A stretch of 63,311 nucleotides of DNA, filler included, from Platydemus manokwari (lineage: Eukaryota), in the NCBI GenBank assembly GCA_037951405.1. It is 6 parts of 6 records of this genome, joined end to end, with 100 filler letters (N's around TTAATTAATTAA, not from the genome) between each part and the next. Parts side by side here need not be neighbours in the genome. Positions count along the whole stretch, not along the records: positions 23,979 to 34,539 come from JBBMOY011124108.1; positions 34,640 to 43,823 come from JBBMOY011286539.1; 4 more parts are not named here. One strand, given 5' to 3'. A program made the translations under genes and the position numbers. This document shows positions 26,055 to 37,995 of this stretch, piece after piece. Within the stretch, counting starts at the first letter, position 1, and each line of letters starts with the position of its first letter. The notes below the pieces were generated by a model. The model made no database searches and was not told the DNA's origin. It saw only the letters and a program-made list of their open reading frames with translations.

Positions 26055-28190
26055 TTCCAATTTTTAATTCAAAATCACTAAGTAAAAGTGTTGATTAAAA
26101 CAAAAAATAAATAAATTAATCTCCAATGGAGTAAAAATTTCTGACTAGTTTTAAAATCATTTTATTAGAGATTTATTTAGCCAATGAAATTCTTTTTCCC
26201 TTGTTGGGGTGTTGTGTGGGGATATTAATATAGTATTGTAATATATCTATACAATTAATAATATGTTAGAATTATTATCCACATTCAGTTGTTCCAATAT
26301 CGATTATTGGTGTGTCCTTGTTATTCAATTAGAAATGGTAGAAATTCATTATTATTATAACTAATAAAGCGGTCATATTTACAAATTGCAAAGTAATTCT
26401 TATCAACATAAAGTATTATGATAAATATGATGACTCGATATTTATTTATTTCTTCTCAAATCCAACCCCAGTTGTTAACAAGCAGCTTGGGCTATTATTT
26501 TATTTTTAAAACAAGATTTAATATTATTATTTTCAACTTAAAAACAATTTAGTGCTTGCCGAAACATTTTAGTAAATAATTCCATGGTGTTAACCCACTT
26601 CAGACCTTTTCTTGTCAATGATTTTTTCCCAACGATTTTGTCCGTCATTCACAAAATTATGGATTTATTCGAATTTATAAATAATCGATCAAAATATTGG
26701 GCTAAATAAATAAATATTTTCATTCTTCATAAATATCTTCTACTTGTTTGAAGGACAATTGAAATGTTTTATTTTAATAACCAGAATCAATCTGGAAACT
26801 CTCTTTCTTGTAGAGTTAATTTCAGTTTCAGTTCAGGAAACTAGATGATCTTATTTTCCAAAATAATGATTCTATTATAAATGATTTCATGTTTTTAACA
26901 ATCAATAATTGTGAAATATTTTCATGATGTTTGGAGATTCTCTCATTGACAAATTTGAGTTTCATTTTTAATTTCAAATTTCGCTATTTCATTTATATCT
27001 TTTCTCTCTAAATTAAATAGTGCCCGATAATTCACAATAATCTACCAATTCTATAATCAAACCCCACATCCCCAAGCACTCTTTCTGGTTCATCGCATTG
27101 TATCTTTATTCGAACCTAGATAAAACACAATTTCATTCTTTGATATTTTAATTCCTCGATTATTAATATCTCAAATTTTTTCCAGTTCCTCATTCCTTTG
27201 TTTCACTGAAGCCAAAACCGATAACCAAATGAAGGAGCTCAATTCAAAGTGAAAATTCAAACATAAATCATATTACATTTAAATAAATGATAAAGAGAAC
27301 AAAACGATGATAAGCTGTTCAAGCAATTATGATCCGAATTAATAATAATTGATGTTGATCAAAAAAATATAAAGGTACAACAAAAAATTTCAAACAAAAA
27401 ATATCAGCTACTCAGTAGAATAAGCACAAGAGCATATTTTGCAAATAGATCAAATATATTGTTTTTTGTTTCTCCACTCTTCATTAGATATTTATTAATT
27501 CCAGTTTGGAATGCGTTTTCGAATTCATTCAGGATCGTTAATTTTGAGATGATAATCATGTAATAGAACGTTTCCTATTACTTTTGAATAATAAATTGAT
27601 TTTTTCCTATTAATTTTGCTTCTTTTAATAATTTACTTTTCGCTACTGTTTACTTTTATCATATATTGATATTGTGTGTCATTCCAGATAATCTGGTGAT
27701 TTTATGCCTATTTTGGTAGATGATCTTTCATGAGAAATGTTTATTTTATTATCATTTTAGAAATTATATCGTTTACAATTGTGGTTTAATTGTTTTGAAT
27801 CATGATATAAATATCACGCGGGAACATTTCTAATTGTAACATATTGATTTAAGGATTGCTTTCCTGATACAGTTTAAATATGAAGTGGTTCAACATACTG
27901 TTTCCTTAATAATAAAACAAATGAGTTACATACACATTTTCACCGTTAGTCTGATTCAATTAAAATTCTAGTAGTTCCGTCACCATGCATGTAATTGATT
28001 CCCTTCCATGGATCAAAAGGAACACACAAATCATATAAAAATACACCTAATAGAAATATAGAAAAAACATTGTTATTCTTATTTTTAATGAGGTGTTTTT
28101 GAAAAAGTTTAGCTCGTCATATTACATTAAGTGTTTTATTTATTTATACTTTTGTGGCATTAAGATCTGACAATTATTAATGACGTGGCT

Positions 28191-28442
28191 TGTTATATAT
28201 GTGAATAGTGTAGCGATCATGCAATGATTTTAAACTCATCTAGATCATTTTTACCACAAATATTATCCTCATATAGTATCGTGTACGAGGTGAAAGAAGA
28301 ACAAATAAAAGACTTTAATAGTTTGTAACTTAGGCTTGATTAGAACTCATAGAGACTGATCAAGACAACAGTGATCTTACAAGGATTAAAGAGACTGATA
28401 AGATAAAATAATAAAATAAACTTATAAGTCCTGAGCACAACA
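28191..28442 (+). repeat. Probable 5' LTR of the large Gypsy-type element
   Basis: Ends ...CACAACA immediately before AT-TGGTG (PBS), contains AATAAA; 5' TG either at 28191 (TGTTAT) or 28209 (TGTAGC); the partner LTR is not in the contig. Confidence 0.5.
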
Positions 28443-31400
28443 ATTGGTGTCCCAAGTGAGAATATAATTGGTTTAAAAATTTAATATAAATTCTGTAAAA
28501 TCAAATAGTTAGTCGAAATTTTTGGACCCGAGTGAGAAGTTAATAAAAATCCAAGAATTAAAGCTAGTTTAAATATTCAACAAATCGTGAACCGTAGTGA
28601 GGATAAAATATGTTAAAAATTTGAGAAGTTAATATTGGGTTCAATAATAAAGCAAAAAGTGAAGATAAATTTGATAATCAAAAATTAATAATAACTGGTG
28701 CTCGAATGGTTCAAGTTGCAAGTAGTGAAAATTGAAAATGGGGAAATTAAAAATTGAGAAATTAAAGTTAAAAATTTTAATAGAAATTAAAAATATAAAC
28801 TTTAATTATTGAGGATTTTATAAATTCATAAAGTTGATTTGAGCCAAGGAGCTATTATTGATAATTTGAAATTGAAATAAGGTCAGAGAAATAAATTAAA
28901 ACGCATTCGATAAATTTTTGCGTAAACCGGAGGGCTAGTTTAGCGACCCATAATAAGTAATTTCGGTATATAAAAAGAAGAAAAATAGATACAGTTTTTG
29001 CCTTAAAGTTAACAATAAAGTTAACAATTTTGAGAGACCTTACCCTGCTCTAAAAGTTATTTTCTGATTAAGATTTGATAGCTTGATAGTCTAGTTTCAT
29101 AATGAGTATTGATTTAGTTCCACAAAAGTGTTGATTAAATAATGTACGAAAGCGTTATTAGACTTGAACAATCTGATTTTGTTTTAAAGCTAATTTTACA
29201 TTAAAGGTAACTTTAAAAATTTGGCGGTTAGGGGGAGCATAAGAGATATTTTGCCTGTTTAATAGGATAAAATTCAGTATTAAGCATTGAGCGATTCGCA
29301 TTGAGCGATATAATTGATAATTTGAAATCCGCATTGACCGCATATGAATAAAAGAAATTCAATATTGAATAAATCTGATAGGGGATTACGTAATGCAAGC
29401 AAAAGCAATCTATTTGAAAATTTGGATATAGTGCATAAACATTTAGGAAAAAGGAGAAATAATAGTGAACTTGAAAATTATAGTGAAATAGAAAATAATA
29501 GTAGTGACAGTGAATTAGAATAATAATTATTTTGATTAAATACAGCCCAGTAATACTAATCTACCTGAGATAAGTGAAGATTCGAATTCAACAATAATTC
29601 TAGGAGAGGATAATATTGAGAAAACAAGTATCATAGAAAAGGATAGTAAAATGATTAAGAAACACAATATTACAGAAACAGGCCCACGAATTGACATAGA
29701 TAGTGAAATAATTGTTTTAGAAAATATTGTAAAGCACCATTAGACAAAATGAATGAAGCAATTGAAAATAATTTTGAACTTAAAAAAATGTGTTTTCCGC
29801 AATAAATTCCTATGATGGTAAACAAGAATGGTTTGATGATTTCTTCAATGAATATAATAGAATCACTAAACCATATGGCTGGACTCAGGCAGAACGATTT
29901 CTAAGGTTGTCATTGTATTTAAAATCATACGCGTTGCAAATGTTTCGAGTATTAGATTTTAGTGAAATTACGAATTAAACAAAATTCGAAGAGGAATTAA
30001 AAAGAAAAATAAGTTAAGGAAAGTGATGTACATGAATTATATGTGAAACATTTTAATGATAGATATCAAATGTCTGGAGAAAATGCAGAGAATACTCATT
30101 GCCATTAAAAGAATAAGTAATTAAGACTTACAGCAAATATTGATTTGCTGATGGGCTTGAGCAAATGGTAATAGATCAATTTTATAGGAGAATAACACCA
30201 TTATTAAGAAGTCCAATAGTATTAGCAGAATGTAAAATCTTGATGAGTTATTTCAAAAAGCTAAAAAAGTTGATATAATTTATGAATCAAATACAATATA
30301 CAATTATAATACTATATACAATTATAATACTAGAGCAAATGATATGAGTAGAATTCCACTGAACAAAACGAAAGCAATAGAGAATATAACAACAAAAATA
30401 GTTCAAATAAAAGAAGCAGAAGCTTATATGATAGAAATAATCACAATAATTGGCAAAATGGGTATTACAGTAATAATAGTGGATCTGTTGATATAATGAC
30501 AAATAAAAATTACGAAAACAGTTAATACCATATAATGGGAATAGGAGTTTATCAATAGAAAGATCATTAAATAGTGACAATAGAACATAAGTATTTAATC
30601 ATGCAAGAGATAAGTTAAATAGTGATGGAGAAGTCCAATGTGAATACTGTAAGCGAACAACACACAATTACATCATGTAAATTGGGAAGAGGTCGATATG
30701 ATAGAGAAATACAGCAGTAATGAAACATAAGGAAGACATAAAAAGAGGAATACAAGAACAAAAAGATATACATCGAGAAATCATGAGAAGAAAAAGAGCA
30801 GAGGAACGAAAAAAGATGCGGGAAGAAGAACAGAAAAATAGTTGGACTAAAAAGAGAAAGGGAAATAAATAGGAAAAAGAACTAAGTAAAGAAATAAAGA
30901 GTGTAGAAAATTTGTGGAAAAAGAAAAACAGGAATATCAAAATTAAATTAAAAATTTAGAAAAGGAAAGAGAGGAATTACAAAGAAAATCAGAGGAATTA
31001 AGGTATAATGAAATAGATCATGGTAGAAAATTAAGATACAGGGAAATAGATTATGATAGAATAAGAAGAACATAAAATAAAGATAATAGAGATGATAATA
31101 AATACTAAAGAATAAGAAATAGGAGAACTAAAGAAGACGAAGTTGAAAACATTAGACAGGCATTAAAAAGAAATTCATGTTTCAACTCAAGCCAAGAAGA
31201 AGAAAATATATTAATAAAGGAATGTAGTTGTGGACTGTACTTGTGTAGTGAAAGTAACAATAGATCATGTATAATGAAGACAATAAAAGGAAAAGTAGAA
31301 AAAGTACAATAATTAGTCAGGTATGAAATTTAGAGAAGATCAGAAAAATGATAAAGGAAATACAATTACAAGCAAGAGAGGGGAGAAAGTTAACAGAAGA

Positions 31401-34400
31401 AGAAGGATAAGCATTACAAGAATGTGCAAAAATAATTAGAATTTAAACGGAATTGCAAAAACTGTTTAGATTAAGCATTTGGAAATTCATGGAAGATAAA
31501 GATTATCAAATAAAATTCCCCTTAGATGCATGCATTAATATTAAGAAAATCAGGAAAACAATAATACACCAATTAGATGAAAAACATGGCATAGTAGCAG
31601 AAGATATGGTAACAATATGTAAAATAAAGGAGTTAGGAGACAAAGAATATTTAATAGATACATGATTTTCACAATATGATCCGATAGTCTCTATGCACGA
31701 ATTAAAAAATACATAAAATGTAAATCAGTAAATAAAAGAGAATAAATTGAAGACAGTAACGATACAGATGACGAGGATAATAGAGAAATTTGCATGTTAC
31801 TTAATAACTGAGCAAGACAATGAGATAATAGATAATTTGATGACCGAAAGTCATTCCATTAGTATTGCACCTGAATTTCAGTTTAAAGAATCTGCAAAAC
31901 CTGTTTGAAAACCTCTTGTTTAGAGGAATATTATGCCGATAAAAATAATGAACCGATAATAATAAGGGATATATAAAATATGGTTAAAATAGAAGAACAA
32001 TTTATAAAAGAATTACATCTACAAGCAGTAATTAAAGATGTTATGATACATATACCCTATTCACCAGTGGAAAAAGGAATTAATAAAATAAAAGACAAAT
32101 TAAAGAAAATAAAATAATAAATATGATGAATAGAGAAGCAACTGGAATAAATCAACCATCATTAACGTAAACAATAATAGGACTAGTATGTAAAAGAAGA
32201 ATAACAGCAGAGGAAAAGGCTGAGATATAAATTCAAATGCATCAGTAGAAATGATAATAAATGAAATAAATGGAATTTGGCCATTTGAGAGGGATAAAAG
32301 AAAATGTGGAGAAGATAGAATATGAGCAATACGAGGACAACAATATATTAATGTAGAAATAGATGCAAATGGAAGAAACGTAGAATTACTGACGGAAGGA
32401 GTGCTTATGTGTGGATAATATTTAAGTTTTTATCTGATAAATAAGAAAGAGGAAAATAAATTTAAATTTTGGTACTATCCACTAAGTGAAAAATATGAGA
32501 AAGAAATAGTGATCACACTAATAGAAGAAGAATTAACACATTATATAGTGAAAATAGACATTGAACCTAATAATTACACTGATAGAATTACGATACATGA
32601 GTTAGCATACAAACATTGGACGATGAGAAAAGTAAATGAAGGAATACAAGAACAGTATATTTATCAGATAGAATTGAATGATGTTAAAATATCATCTACC
32701 ATATATCATCATAAAATATCATCTAACTAGGAGTAGATAAAATTAAGCTAAGAGACATATTTAAGGAAGATAAAATAAATCCAATAAGCGTAGTATTCAA
32801 GTCAGAAAAACAAAATTACACAACAAAAGCAGCCCATGGAGGCAATGGAAAATAAATATGATAACTTTTCAGAAGGAAAATAACCAGGAAAATGAAATGA
32901 AAAGAAAATAGAGATAGAATTAAAAATGATAGATGGATTTGGCACTGTATTAAAAAAATTGTTAAACTTTAAATTACAGCAAACGGTGGAATATCTGAAG
33001 TATGAAATAGATCAAATCTGGTCATTCAGGAGAGAAGGAACTAATAGAAGATCATATAAAATAGATATAGGAATGTTAATAAGTAAAAAGGAACCCTTAC
33101 TAGAGGTAACTTTGGAGTTGATAATAAAAGGGGTTTTCTTGAATGAACACCAATTGAAATACTATCAAATAGATGCAAATAAATAAAATAGGATAACAGC
33201 AATTATAATAACTTGGGATAAAAGAATCACTAGTGATAAGGATAATATTAAATTACCAATATGGATATTAGGATCATCTGTATATCAATTAAAAATGAAT
33301 ATGAGAGTAAAAAACAAGAATAGAAATTACTGATGAGCGGAAATGCCTCCATTAAGCTGTTTAAAAAAATGGGTATCTAAACAAACATGAATACCACAAG
33401 AAAATACATAGTAAGATGGAAAAGCATACCAAGAAGAATAGAACTTAAATATGAACATAAAGGAAATTTGGAAAATATTGGATGATGAATCTCAATTCTG
33501 GCATCATATTTTAGAAGTAACTGGGTGGAATAGTACAGGCATTGGACTAATAAGATAAGAAAATAGATACATAGTGAAAATAGAAGTATTAAATAGATAT
33601 AATGATGGATTAAGAAACTATAGATTAATCAAGAAGGATAAAAATTTGAAACAATTGAAAAGAAATATAGAAGAACAATATATAAATAGAATGGAATAGG
33701 GATTAAGGTAAATAATTATGAGGCATAAACAATGACCATTAGTAGAAGAGAAAGATCTAAAAAATATATTATTGGAAAATTAAACTAAAATAGTAACAGT
33801 TAACATAATTGAGCCAATGCCAATTATCCCCAGAACAATGCCTTCGATACATGTAAATTTGGACGTATGTTGGAGATGTAATGACAAAAAAGTCATAAGG
33901 TTGGGAAAAAAAATAAGGAAAAGGAAACAATAAATGGCAAAGTTAATAAAGTAGAAAGAATAGAGATTGTAAAATATAGGAAAAGCAAAGAAAGAATGTT
34001 TAATATACAATGGTCAGTGGATTTGGATGAAATAATAGATGAAGTAGCAAGTGGAGACGACAAAAGGAGCAATGTAAAGAGAGAAACATAAAAGAAGAAA
34101 AAGAAGTTAAAAATACAGAAGATACTGAATCATTTCGAAAAGATTTCATGAAATCTATAGAATCACTAGAAACATATAAGGTGAACAAGCAAATAAGAAA
34201 ACAGCAACATGAGTTAGGAAGTTGTATGGTATGTTTGCAAGGACAATATCATGACCCATATTTTAGAAATCAGAATAAGAATAATAATGAACGAAATAAT
34301 ATAGAAATCAAAAAGGTGATTTATCCATACCGAGAAGAAATAAATTTGACTACATCAGAAATGAATAATGAAGATAAATAAGAAGAAATAATTTATGATG

Positions 34401-34480
34401 AAGAACATATGCAACAATTACCAGTATCCCCATTTGAATTTCAACCACAAGAAAATTATGGTTATATATTAGGTGTATAA
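28191..34480 (+). mobile_element. Large degenerate Ty3/Gypsy-type retrotransposon, 5' part: LTR, PBS, long leader, gag, coiled coil, ubiquitin-like repeat array; pol not reached before contig end
   Basis: Gag capsid pattern SYDGKQEWFDDFFNEY...YGWTQAERFLRLSLYLKSYA (29790-29978); CEYCKRTTH..C knuckle at ~30639; strongly A-rich plus strand with continuous decayed coding texture. Confidence 0.8.
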
Positions 34481-34539
34481 CCTTAAAATTTCGGTTTTTT
34501 TTGAAAAATATTTATTTATTTAAAGTACATTTTGCATAG

Positions 34540-34639
34540 NNNNNNNNNNNNNNNNNNNNNNNNNNNNNNNNNNNNNNNNNNNNTTAATTAATTAANNNNN
34601 NNNNNNNNNNNNNNNNNNNNNNNNNNNNNNNNNNNNNNN
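34540..34639. other. Artificial contig spacer
   Basis: N44-TTAATTAATTAA-N44. Confidence 0.97.
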
Positions 34640-34708
34640 CCATTTTTAAATGGAAATTTGGTTTTGAAAGGTTGAAATGACTTATACCACTTTCATAATC
34701 AAGGGCTC
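34640..34708 (-). mobile_element. Terminal fragment of the same Sola-like MITE family as 5518-5753
   Basis: Reverse complement of ~5518-5584, followed by AAAT (AWWT). Confidence 0.85.
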
Positions 34709-34716
34709 AAATATAT

Positions 34717-35351
34717 CAGAGCTTCAAAATCTCATTGAATTTGATTATTTGAAACCCCGATCAAATAAGTTGAAATTAAAATTCATTAAAAATTAACGGG
34801 GACTCTTATTTTAACATTACACACAAATGGAGGCAGGCACTACATTCTTAAAATTATTCGATCAAAACAAGTAATATCAGACTATGAAACATGTCATGAG
34901 ATTCCTAATTTTATTTATAGTTAAATAAATTTATATATACAATATCAAATGGTCATGTACGTTTATAAAACTATGTTTTGTCCCGATTCGACATCCTAAA
35001 AAGTGAGATATTAACTAAATTTTACAAAATAAATCAAACAAAGCAATTATTTATAAAATCAAGTTATAAAAAATTACTTCATGAGCGAAAATTCATCATT
35101 ACGAAAGTAGGTCAAAAGACCCCTTTTAACTTAAGTTTTTTTAAAAATTATAAATCGGGTTATTTAATTACCGACATGTTTAATAATATCATTGCTTATC
35201 CTAATAAGGTAATTGTAAAAATTGAGATTATCTCTAAATTTGCTTCTAATGTTTAAAGGGATCCTCACTAAAATATCTTCAATAAATTAGTATTCGACCT
35301 ACTTTAATCCGCCTTTAAAATAATCAAAATTTAGGAGATTCTGAAGCTCTG
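34717..35351. mobile_element. MITE with CAGAGCTTC termini
   Basis: CAGAGCTTCAAAATCTC ... GAGATTCTGAAGCTCTG, flanked by ATATAT on both sides. Confidence 0.7.
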
Positions 35352-36176
35352 ATATATTTAATATTTTATTTTAAACAACTTAAATTCTTATTATAATATC
35401 CATAACAATGCCCGACATGTAATTGTCAACACAATCAAGCCATGTCAAACATTGTTTCCCACATAGAGCAATACAGAAATTTTAAAATTAAATAATAAAT
35501 TTAAATAAATTCTTATAATTCCATTGGAATCGTTAAACTTTAAATCAATTATCCCATTAATTAAAACAAACGATTTCAACACACGAATTCAATCCATAAC
35601 GATGTCAAAATCGATATAGTTTTCGATTCCAAGGTATGTTTGTTAATGGGACTATAAAGAAATTAATACGATCTAATATCAAAAGTTTGGCCAGGACTTG
35701 GAGAGTATTTCCTTTCAGCGGATTGTTTTAATGAATTAGAAATAATGTTGTGACAACCGAAATATTTTTAAGCCGGCGACTTGGATTTTGCGTTGGGAAA
35801 GAATAATTATGAATGATGTAATTGTTTAACGAAGCGAAATATAATATAAATTAATAAATCTATTGAATATAATAAAATATTTACAAATAAATAAATTGGT
35901 TATTTACGATAGCAATGTGTAAGATAAACAAAACATGTTGTCATTGGCAACGGATATGGGATCGATCGATAATCCTGTGAATTGCCTCATGGAAGATTTT
36001 GTTATAATATCGATTAATTCTAAATAATATATTGTCATTAAATATTAATATAAATAATTTAAAAATTTATTTATAAATATAACTAAATAATAATTATTAT
36101 AATCACCACTATTATTCCTATTATTAATATTGCTAGTATTGCTATAATCACAATAATGCCCATATGTTTTATTTAG

Positions 36177-36452
36177 CTCTAGGTGAAGGAGATTCAAATC
36201 ACGTCACTTATCCCATTACATCCCAGACCAAACTACAAGATAATACCATTCTTTTCATCGTTGCAGCCAGTGTATTTGGATTTGTTCTATTGGTCGTCAA
36301 TATATTAGTCATTATATTCGTCTTGCGCAGACGACGTCAAAGATCGCGAACAGCTAAATTAGAGGCCCGTTACAACAACCCAAAATCGTTACTTGCTGCA
36401 AGCAATGGGCTCATATTAAGCCGTGACGATTCAATGAAGGATTCGAATTTCA
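36177..36452 (+). CDS. Internal exon encoding the TM helix and juxtamembrane region of a type I membrane protein (nephrin/Kirrel-like IgSF is a guess)
   Basis: AG/GT boundaries, phase 1-1; ILFIVAASVFGFVLLVVNILVIIFVL-RRRRQR stop-transfer. Confidence 0.65.
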
Positions 36453-36569
36453 GTATGTTTTACAAGTTGTGTCATCTTAACATCATAACAATAAATTGAA
36501 CATGGATATTTGAAATGATTTGGTTTAAAAGTGATAGGGAGTTATTGATATTATCATCGATATTATTAA

Positions 36570-36639
36570 GATTATTATGATGATGATTATTATTATTATT
36601 GTTATTATAATAAAAATAGTTATAATTAACATTATTATC

Positions 36640-36685
<46 letters not shown>
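36570..36685. repeat. (ATT)n microsatellite region
   Basis: Visible ATT tandem runs. Confidence 0.9.
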
Positions 36686-37393
36686 TACATCTGCTAAGAT
36701 ATTGATCCCTCCATTTAGTAATTAACTTATTGATTGATTCTATTTAATAGCTATTTAACTCATATATACTACCAGGTCATGGAAACCAATTAAAATTCGA
36801 TTTTAGCTTCATGGGAACATATATCTATAATTCTAACAATCACTACTACAGTTTAGCTTGGTTAATGTCGAATTAAATAAAAATAAATTTAATAATTTAT
36901 CTTAATAATTTCTTTCATTTTCGTTTTTCAATTTTTTAATTTTCGTTTTTTTAATTTTTTTAATCTCTCCAATTTCAATTCTTCTTAAATTTATAGTTCA
37001 CTTGGTTTATGTCACTTTTTCCGTCGAAAAGATATGATAATATCAACATCATTCGATATATATTATTAGTCGCCATGATTTATTATCTGAGTTTCATATC
37101 TACCTCTGATTGTATATCACTAGGAGTCTGAGTTTAATTAAGGATTGATGAATTGCTTTTTGGTAGTGGTGAATATTGAAGAAATCACAATGCGGTTTCA
37201 ATTGATTCTTGTCATCTTAATTATTTTATTACTCTTCCACTTGATGATTAATATTATTAAAGGCTTCTCTTGTTGGGATCTGAAATATTGCTTCCACATA
37301 CTTAGAGCTTGTGATAGTTTAACTGAAATATTATCTATTTATATAAAGTATTATTATTAGAATAATTATGAACGAATGTTTTTCTTTTTCCAG

Positions 37394-37995
37394 GAGTCAC
37401 GATACAGGCTTGTAATCCAAAATTGGGATACGAAGTGACTCAAGTGCTATCAAATTACTATCCGGAAAGATTGGGTTTGGTATATTGCGTGAATACCAGT
37501 GCTCTATTCCAAGGTATTTGGAAAGCAATAAAAATCTTTCTCCATCCAAATACATCGAAAAAGGTTAAGCTATTGAAAAATAATGTCGCGAAAGAACAGT
37601 TTTCAAAGATGTTCAATCAGGAATTAGTGGATTGGTTGATCACTGAAATGAAGCTTAACAAAAGCAAACACATAACTGAATACCAAAAGCGGTTTTGGTG
37701 TTCGCATGAAAATCATGATCCGCGAGGTGTCCATAGTTACGTTCAGAATTATTGCCAAAAGATTCCAAAGAGTTCCAATGATTACAAACCACATCCGAAT
37801 ATTGTTGATGTTCTCACGGGCAAATTATCGCCAGATGCAAGTCTGAAGATTTTGCGTAACTCATCAATTAACGAAATATCATCACTGAAAAATGGATCAG
37901 AAGATTGCTTAGACGAATGGGAAAATCTCGAGGACGACGCCATTGAAATTCCGCCAGAATTTCAAATTTCCGAGCATTCTTCAACAATCAATTAA
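37394..37995 (+). CDS. Terminal exon of a CRAL-TRIO (Sec14-like) lipid-binding protein
   Basis: Strong acceptor TTTCTTTTTCCAG; LSNYYPERLGLVYCVN..ALFQGIWKAIKIFLHPNTSKKV motif; stop at 37995. Confidence 0.88.

Noticed and set aside
26560-27240. Possible small minus-strand exons
   Set aside because: Cannot be joined into a stop-free frame or recognisable protein
6874-33830. UBL-array retrotransposon and Ulp1-like protease element as one linked system
   Set aside because: They are on different contigs separated by artificial spacers, and the UBL units show no terminal GG; nothing here links them
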